Shown here: positions 50,046-58,007 of the stretch, in pieces
Layout: each line of letters opens with the position of its first letter
Position numbering within the stretch: position 1 is the first letter of the stretch
Position numbers and translations under genes: made by a program
The notes under the pieces: generated by a model
The model's input: only the letters and a program-made list of their open reading frames with translations
Told to the model about the DNA's origin: nothing
Databases searched by the model: none
From: Octopus bimaculoides
Taxonomy: Eukaryota
Assembly (NCBI RefSeq): GCF_001194135.2
Contig: NC_068984.1
Coordinates: forward strand, 69,046,978 to 69,104,984
Direction of reading: 5' to 3'
Length of the DNA stretch: 58,007 nt

Positions 50046-50836
50046 TGAAACAAATCGTTTCCTAGGTTCTTAGACAGGAATCGAAACCCTAGCCTAGATT
50101 TTTTTTTTACCATTGTTCTCGTCATTAGCGCTTAGAATTTTGTATGAGTCAACCATCAAAGTTAGATAAGTTTTATCGTTTAAGCGAATATTCTTATGTT
50201 AAATACAGGCTAACATGGACAAGCTGATTTACTTTCCATAATACTCCGTCCTACATTCAATATTTTAGCATGTATAAATACGAACCCTCTCGGAATATTA
50301 GGGAGCCATTCGATTTCGTTATGGAAAAAGACATTTGCTCAAGATTACAAAAACAGAAGCGAACTGAAGGCCTCGTGATTGTGAAGTGAATAACTTAAAC
50401 ATTTAGCCATGCTTCGGTTATTTATATATTCTGATTAAATTGGACTGATAGAAATTTCAGTGGAATCAAATTGTAATTTCTGCAGTAGACTAACTAATTT
50501 CTTTTATCCTACTTAGATGGTATGGTTTCGTTGGGTGGGCAATGTATATTTGATATGGCTGCGTACTGTTCCCATGTAAAATCAAGTCACCAAGTCGGAT
50601 GTTGAAAGTACCAATGTTTCTGGAATGAGTTGACGGTTAGTTTGCAGAAAGCTGCTTAGGATAATTGGACTACTCCAAGTAAACACTTAGACATGATTTA
50701 TTATGCAGCACTAGTCATGAAAAAAGATGTTCGTGTATTATGATGTACATGTAGAATCAACAAGATAAAAATAACATAATAAAGCATGCAAAATGCTGGC
50801 TATCCAAAGTTTACTGTTGAGCTGGTTTTAACAATG

Positions 50837-50859
50837 AATGTGTGTGTGCGTGTACGTGT

Positions 50860-50910
<51 letters not shown>

Positions 50911-50960
50911 TGTGTGTGCGTGTGCATGTGTGTGTGCGTGTGTGTGTGCGCGTGTGTGTG
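50837..50960. repeat. (TG)n microsatellite
   Basis: Visible in sequence. Confidence 0.95.
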
Positions 50961-52147
50961 ATGTCTTTCTTACGATTGCATATAAGTTGAGCATATAGTC
51001 ATTACAATGACTGGAAAGAAATGTGTATTCGTAACACGCTCGAGAACACACATAAGTTGGCGAGTGTGGAGACAATGTTCCGGACCGATGTCTCTAACAC
51101 TCGGCAAATGGCACCTAGAATCAATTCTATTTCTAGGCCATGTTTAAGGAAGCATCTTGAATGATCTAGAGAAACTATCAGGTGAATACTATCTGTTCAC
51201 TGGACAATAAATCAGCTGCGTACATGATCAAGCCGTTGTTAAATTATGACTCGATATTCGTAAGGTGGCAATGCGAGTTCAAATCACTGCTATAGTGGCT
51301 TAATAATTGAAGAACGTTAGTTAGATGCAGCATACAAAATGTCTTCTTGTATTTTATAGCATCTCTTTCTCTTTACCGACAAAATTCCGCTGACTTCCAA
51401 TATTTATTTCATATTTCCGGTGGTATATAACGTAAATTACTATTGTAATTTTGGGGCAACAGCTCATCGACTATTCCACTGCCCATAAAATATGTTATCT
51501 TTCACCAATTGAAGAAACCATTATTAGTTGATTCATTTGCAGACATAGATTTGAAACACGTTTTTGTTGAAAACGTTTTACACGTTTTACAACAAAATTT
51601 GATCAAATACTTCGTACGTGCCGAAGAGTAATTTGAAATTCAAGTTTAAACATTTTTCTTCACAACGCACTAAACACGCGCAGACGCACTCGCACACACA
51701 CATACACACATGCATATACATACATATATATATATATTTATATATATATATGTAATATATATATATATGTATAAATATATGTATGTATGTATATATATAN
51801 NNNNNNNNNNNNNNNNNNNNNNNNNNNNNNNNNNNNNNNNNNNNNNNNNNNNNNNNNNNNNNNNNNNNNNNNNNNNNNNNNNNNNNNNNNNNNNNNNNNN
51901 NNNNNNNNNNNNNNNNNNNNNNNNNNNNNNNNNNNNNNNNNNNNNNNNNNNNNNNNNNNNNNNNNNNNNNNNNNNNNNNNNNNNNNNNNNNNNNNNNNNN
52001 NNNNNNNNNNNNNNNNNNNNNNNNNNNNNNNNNNNNNNNNNNNNNNNNNNNNNNNNNNNNNNNNNNNNNNNNNNNNNNNNNNNNNNNNNNNNNNNNNNNN
52101 NNNNNNNNNNNNNNNNNNNNNNNNNNNNNNNNNNNNNNNNNNNNNNN

Positions 52148-53189
52148 TTATTATTAATGTTGCTTAGTATGTTTTGCTAAAATTGCTGTTTCTTTTTTTT
52201 TTTCAGATATCATTAGAAAAAGGTAATTAAAATTCATTAAAATTACAGATTTATCGGACTTTCAAAGAGGTCAAATTTTTGGTGCTCGTATGACAGGCGC
52301 TAGCATAACGAAAACAGCCGAAATGTTTGGTGTATCAAGAAGTACAAAACTCCGGAAGAAAACCAAAACTTTCAGATAGAGCCATCGGATCTTACGCGAA
52401 TAGTTAGAAAGGATCACAAAAGTACAGCTCCACAAATTACTGCAGAGCTTAATGAGCACCTCGAGAACCCAGTTTCCACAAAGTTTGTTCGCTGGGAGCT
52501 GCACAAAGCCGGATTTCAAGGGAGGGCAGCAATCAGAGAAGCACTACTTTCAAAGGCAAACGTTGCAAAGCGTAAAAACCTACAGAACTGGTCCCTAGAG
52601 CAATGAAAGAATGTTATTTTCTCGGACGAGTCACCATTTACCTTATTTCCGACCACCGGCCGAGCATACGTGTGGGGACACCCAAAAGAAGCATTTGACC
52701 CAAACTGCCTTCTTGCAACTGTTAATCATAGAGGAGGATCTCTGATGATCTGGGGGGCTATATCCTGGAAATCCACCGGCCCAATGGTTTCCCTTCATAG
52801 CAGAGTTAACAGTCAAGATTATTTAAGCATTCTATCTGATTAAATTCATCCTATGGTTGTGGAACTGTTTCTGGAGGGAAGTGCAATTTTTCAGGATGAT
52901 AACGCACCAAGTCACACAGCTAAAATTGTTACTGAATGGTACGGGGAACATTCTAGTGAAGTTGAACATCTTATCTGGCCACCACAGTCCCAAGATCTCA
53001 ATATTATTGAACATTTATGGTGCACTTTAGAAAAACAAGTAAGAAGTCGATATCCTCCACCATCATCACTATAAGAACTGGAGACGGTTTTAGCTGAAAA
53101 ATAAACAAAAATTATTTTTGAAACAAAACTTTGTACGGGTCCATACCTTTGAAATTTTAAGGTGTTTCCATTATTTTGTCCAACCCCTG
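52148..53189 (+). mobile_element. Tc1-family DNA transposon, non-functional, DD36E spacing; left TIR hidden in N-gap 51800-52147
   Basis: (I)TDLSDFQRGQIFGARMTGASITKTAEMFGVSRST from 52242 (ATG to ATT); FSDES (D 52625); FQDDNAP (D 52898); SQDLNIIEHLW (E 53009); right TIR GGTGTTTCCATTATTTTGTCCAACCCCTG|TA ending 53189; stops and deletions. Confidence 0.92.
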
Positions 53190-53474
53190 TATATANNNNN
53201 NNNNNNNNNNNNNNNNNNNNNNNNNNNNNNNNNNNNNNNNNNNNNNNNNNNNNNNNNNNNNNNNNNNNNNNNNNNNNNNNNNNNNNNNNNNNNNNNNNNN
53301 NNNNNNNNNNNNNTATATATATATATATATATATATGATATATAACGTACCACATGTCTCGTGTCTCATAAGAAAGGTAGTTTAGCATTTCAGGAATATT
53401 CAAATTTTGATCTATTTATCGGCTACTTTGTGTAGACATAGCTTTGCATCAGAGTTATTGACTGAATTTGTATA

Positions 53475-53640
53475 GACATACACACACACATACATACAAA
53501 CACACATACATACAAACATACATACATACATACGTACATGCAGACATATATACATACATTTATACAAGTATATATATATATATATACATATACATACGTT
53601 TATATGCATATATAGATACATAAATATACACTACGCATAT
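53475..53640. repeat. (CATA)n/(TA)n low-complexity tract
   Basis: Visible in sequence. Confidence 0.85.
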
Positions 53641-54344
53641 ACGTCAATGTCTCCCGTGACAATGTCAACACTTACGATTCATGCCACTCATCAAACTTAG
53701 CAGCTTCGAAAGCATTTCATACAGAACGCCACTTCGCAAACATTAGTACTTTACAATACTATGATGTTATAAATTATGTCACTTTTCGCAAAGCATTTAA
53801 AAAGAGAGCAGGTGGGGGAAAAGACTGTATTTCTAATGACAACATCTTGTTCATTTTTATGTCAGTTTTTGTCTCATTTGTCAATAGACTAGTAGAGAAA
53901 AACATGAGAAAATTTACACTTAGGTCATGAATCATTTATCATTTCTATTGCTTGTACAATCAAACATAAATAAATTATTAAGAAGCAACAAGCTAGTCTC
54001 TGTGCGGTTGCTCCACTTGTAAGAAGTAACAGCTAAATCGCTCTCAAATCAAACATTAACATTTATAGCAATGAAATGCGTACTGAATTTAAACACAAAA
54101 CAAAGGAATATTGAAACAGCCTACGTCTTGAATGTTTTTAATCATGTGTCTACTCACTCAAAGCTAACTGCATAGCAATTATAGCTGAGTATAGATGAGT
54201 ATCATTTTCGTATTACAGCTACGTGTTTCAGAATTCGATACGAGCAAGCAGCTCTTTCGATATCTTCTACTATTGGGTTAACCAATATATTCAAGTTTGG
54301 TAGAAGAAAAAGCATACTAATGAGAGCGTATGTTAGTATGTTTA

Positions 54345-55014
54345 CAAATGTACAAGGATATATGCGTATATATGTATACGTTTGTGTGTGTATGTATACG
54401 CGTGTATATATANNNNNNNNNNNNNNNNNNNNNNNNNNNNNNNNNNNNNNNNNNNNNNNNNNNNNNNNNNNNNNNNNNNNNNNNNNNNNNNNNNNNNNNN
54501 NNNNNNNNNNNNNNNNNNNNNNNNNNNNNNNNNNNNNNNNNNNNNNNNNNNNNNNNNNNNNNNNNNNNNNNNNNNNNNNNNNNNNNNNNNNNNNNNNNNN
54601 NNNNNNNNNNNNNNNNNNNNNNNNNNNNNNNNNNNNNNNNNNNNNNNNNNNNNNNNNNNNNNNNNNNNNNNNNNNNNNNNNNNNNNNNNNNNNNNNNNNN
54701 NNNNNNNNNNNNNNNNNNNNNNNNNNNNNNNNNNNNNNNNNNNNNNNNNNNNNNNNNNNNNNNNNNNNNNNNNNNNNNNNNNNNNNNNNNNNNNNNNNNN
54801 NNNNNNNNNNNNNNNNNNNNNNNNNNNNNNNNNNNNNNNNNNNNNNNNNNNNNNNNNNNNNNNNNNNNNNNNNNNNNNNNNNNNNNNNNNNNNNNNNNNN
54901 NNNNNNNNNNNNNNNNNNNNNNNNNNNNNNNNNNNNNNNNNNNNNNNNNNNNNNNNNNNNNNNNNNNNNNNNNNNNNNNNNNNNNNNNNNNNNNNNNNNN
55001 NNNNNNNNNNNNNN

Positions 55015-55094
<80 letters not shown>

Positions 55095-55095
55095 C
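54345..55095. repeat. (TA)n/(TG)n microsatellites around N-gap 54413-55014
   Basis: Visible in sequence. Confidence 0.9.
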
Positions 55096-55096
55096 T

Positions 55097-55174
55097 ATGA
55101 ACAATTTGCTAAAAATTATAATGGAGTATCCTCTGTATGTGATACTCCATTATCATTTTTAGCAAATTATTCAT
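55097..55174. repeat. Near-perfect inverted repeat, 34-bp arms with 10-nt loop
   Basis: ATGAACAATTTGCTAAAAATTATAATGGAGTATC (55097-55130) versus GATACTCCATTATCATTTTTAGCAAATTATTCAT (55141-55174): 32/34 Watson-Crick pairs. Confidence 0.97.
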
Positions 55175-56791
55175 CAGAACTAGATAATGAAAGAATTACA
55201 TATCAGTTGCTATATTGTAGCAGAATGAACTTAGGGGGAAAATACCCCACATATAATTTGGAATGACAGAAGAAAATAACAATGGTGGTCATGAGATGGT
55301 AATATAGCTACAGTTATCTATCTCCTTATCACCATCAAAAGATCTAATGCAGCAGGTATACTATGTCCACTAAGATTTAAAGCCACTGGGAATTGACAGT
55401 TAAGTTCTAGCTGCTGATAATAAGTGAATTAATGGCAGACACTCCTACAATCCTCTAATTTTCTGTGGCTATAAATTCGCTATGACTACCTAAAGGAACA
55501 AATCTCAGATGGCAGTAAGATAGTGGTATATGCCCTGAAAGAGGGAAGGTTGGGGGTGACAAACTATTTTATTATTATCAGTTAAAAGGGTCCTAAAATA
55601 GAAAACAAAAGAGGTCACAATGAGATCTACATGGGTATTAAGGGTACAGGGGGAAAATGTATACCTAATATTTAGTAAAATGTACATATTATTATATTTT
55701 GTATAATACATATTACAATTTTAAAATTTTGAAATGGACATAAGGACCAAGTAAGAGAAGAAGGATATATAAACTAATTTAAATCCTAAAAAAGTAGAGT
55801 AATTTTATTTAGAATAGAAGCCTCATAACACTTCATCTTAACAAACTGTTATGGTAGTCATGATAAAACCATTCAACAATACACCAATGATTAAATTCAG
55901 ATTTCATCCGAGAAAAAAGTACACATTCTCTATTGACTGAAAACCAAGGATTAAAGGGGGAAAATTTAGATAAATGATTCTATAACAGAAAAACTTATTT
56001 TTTAAAAAACCCTGGGTAAATATAATTACATTAAAAAATTTCCAACTTTATGAAAGAAACTTAAAGGATGTAAGGATATAAGAAGGTATAAAAATACTGC
56101 ATATATATAGGGTAAAATTAATTAATTAATTAATAATTAATAATTTTATCAAGTAGTCAGTACGTTAAAAAAACCTTTTAGGTGAATTATACAAAATATT
56201 CTATACTTATATACATAATTATAAACAGGTGTCAGCTAAGTGTCTCGCCACGTACCGAATTAGAAAGAGACGCTAATGTCTTTTCAACTACCATATAAAT
56301 CTCCGAGACAAAAACATACATTTTATGTAGGTAAAAAGAAAAATGATGAATCCAAACGACTTCGGTTAACCACAGACGCGTTTCGAATTTAAAGTAAATT
56401 ATATTTACCTATTATTCTCCTCTGTGTCGTACTCCGAATTATAAATTTGCGAGTGTTAGGATTAAATATGTACGCGATCAAGCGTCATCCCATAACTAAT
56501 ATTCAACCGCACTCCCAAAAATATACAGCCGAATGAGATACATATTTATCCATTATACCCACCTGTGTGCTACGACCTATCCCGCAGAAAAACTGCAGCT
56601 TTGATCATGGAATAAATTATAACTTTAATAATAACATAGGGTAAAATTAATTAGTTAATTAATTAATAATTAATAATTAATAATTTTACCAAGTAGTCAG
56701 TACGTTAAAAAGCCTTTTTAGGTGAATTATACAAAATATTCAATAATTAAATGCATAATTATAATCAGGAGTCAGCTAAGTGCCTCGCCAC
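55175..56791 (-). mobile_element. Penelope-like or retrozyme-like element with tandem direct repeat (pLTR-like) and hammerhead motif; no intact ORF
   Basis: About 145-155 bp direct repeat at 56107-56251 and 56636-56791 (offset 529-540); hammerhead-like motif between them; second copy runs into gap 56792-57247. Confidence 0.6.
56369..56430 (-). ncRNA. Type I minimal hammerhead ribozyme-like motif, degenerate core
   Basis: Minus strand: acgaca-CAGAGGA-gaat aatag gtaaat ata atttac tttaa attc-GAAA-CGCG-TC|tgtggt; stem I 5/6 bp, stem II GAAT/ATTC plus GTAAAT/ATTTAC, palindromic stem III ACGCGT, GUC site; core reads CAGAGGA instead of CUGANGA. Confidence 0.65.
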
Positions 56792-57247
56792 NNNNNNNNN
56801 NNNNNNNNNNNNNNNNNNNNNNNNNNNNNNNNNNNNNNNNNNNNNNNNNNNNNNNNNNNNNNNNNNNNNNNNNNNNNNNNNNNNNNNNNNNNNNNNNNNN
56901 NNNNNNNNNNNNNNNNNNNNNNNNNNNNNNNNNNNNNNNNNNNNNNNNNNNNNNNNNNNNNNNNNNNNNNNNNNNNNNNNNNNNNNNNNNNNNNNNNNNN
57001 NNNNNNNNNNNNNNNNNNNNNNNNNNNNNNNNNNNNNNNNNNNNNNNNNNNNNNNNNNNNNNNNNNNNNNNNNNNNNNNNNNNNNNNNNNNNNNNNNNNN
57101 NNNNNNNNNNNNNNNNNNNNNNNNNNNNNNNNNNNNNNNNNNNNNNNNNNNNNNNNNNNNNNNNNNNNNNNNNNNNNNNNNNNNNNNNNNNNNNNNNNNN
57201 NNNNNNNNNNNNNNNNNNNNNNNNNNNNNNNNNNNNNNNNNNNNNNN

Positions 57248-57282
<35 letters not shown>

Positions 57283-57693
57283 GTGCGTATATTCCTTATG
57301 GATTCGAAAAGAGAATTGCCAACTTTGACGTATAAGGTATCAAAGGATTCAATAAAATTTCCCCAAGGATTAAGCACAGCAAGAGCCTATATTTGTTCAA
57401 GTGTGGTAAAGACGTGAAGCAATGACAAACCTTTCGAGCTTTTTTGCCTTTAACATTATTCTCTTTATTCAACTCAATTTATGCAAAGTTGCTTATCGTT
57501 ATTAATATATATTCATGCCTATTATTCATTCCGTAAGCCGCAAAGTTCGTAAAGATTTTGCAACTGTCTCCCTATTTTCATAGCGGCTGAGCGTGTGTAA
57601 TAACGCTGGTGGTACGATGGAAAACATCTGTCTGACCTGATAACCTCAGTGAAGACAGCAACAACACCACGCATCTATGTGAGGGGAAATTAA

Positions 57694-57762
57694 GGTCACA
57701 TGATTCCGCCCACGGTGCGTGTCCCTTCATTAGTCGGGATTTACACGTCGTCACTGATTGGT
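57694..57762. promoter_or_regulatory. Promoter-like motif cluster (E-box/USF, GC box, half-CRE, inverted CCAAT)
   Basis: GGTCACATGA 57694-57703; CCGCCC 57706-57711; CGTCA 57749-57753; CTGATTGGT 57754-57762; locally CpG-rich. Confidence 0.4.
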
Positions 57763-57868
57763 ACAATTTCAAATCAATTTTTCCATGTGAGTAACATGTA
57801 CTGCAACACCAGTTGATCATGGTGTTATTGTTATCAACGACCCGAGCAAATGCAGGGTGCTTTGCTAT

Positions 57869-57870
<2 letters not shown>

Positions 57871-57943
<73 letters not shown>

Positions 57944-57990
57944 GTATGTATGTATATATTTGTGTGTATGTATGTCTATAGATATAGAGA
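57871..57990. repeat. (CT)n-(TA)n-(TATG)n microsatellite
   Basis: Visible in sequence. Confidence 0.95.
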
Positions 57991-58007
57991 TATTCACACA
58001 TGCATGA

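Overview
AT-rich eukaryotic genomic DNA, almost certainly from a coleoid cephalopod (Octopus-like). The assignment rests on many copies of tRNA-derived SINEs I recognise from octopus genomes and on extreme microsatellite density. There are 14 N-gaps totalling about 5.2 kb. I find no supportable host protein-coding exon, tRNA, rRNA or CRISPR array; nearly all supplied ORFs are translations of microsatellites or N-runs. The window reads as a gene desert or very large intron filled with decayed mobile DNA: at least 10 tRNA-derived SINE copies or fragments, three CR1/L2-group RT remnants, one L1/Tx1-like 5' fragment, four R4/Dong-like (RLE) LINE fragments, a Tc1 element with DD36E spacing, a maT-like (DD37D-type) remnant, a hAT MITE and Penelope-like remnants. 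The best hunt result is at the right end (55.1-56.8 kb): a roughly 530-540 bp direct-repeat unit carrying a minus-strand type I hammerhead-ribozyme-like motif, which runs into an assembly gap on one side and ends in a near-perfect 34-bp hairpin on the other (Penelope pLTR or retrozyme-like). Other notable items: a (TAA)n-bounded element with a structured 3' domain, a MITE with a reiterated TIR, the same RT codons expanding into a (CT)n microsatellite in two LINE copies, and two dense TF-motif clusters (6.3 kb, 57.7 kb). All family assignments come from manual motif recognition, not database searches.
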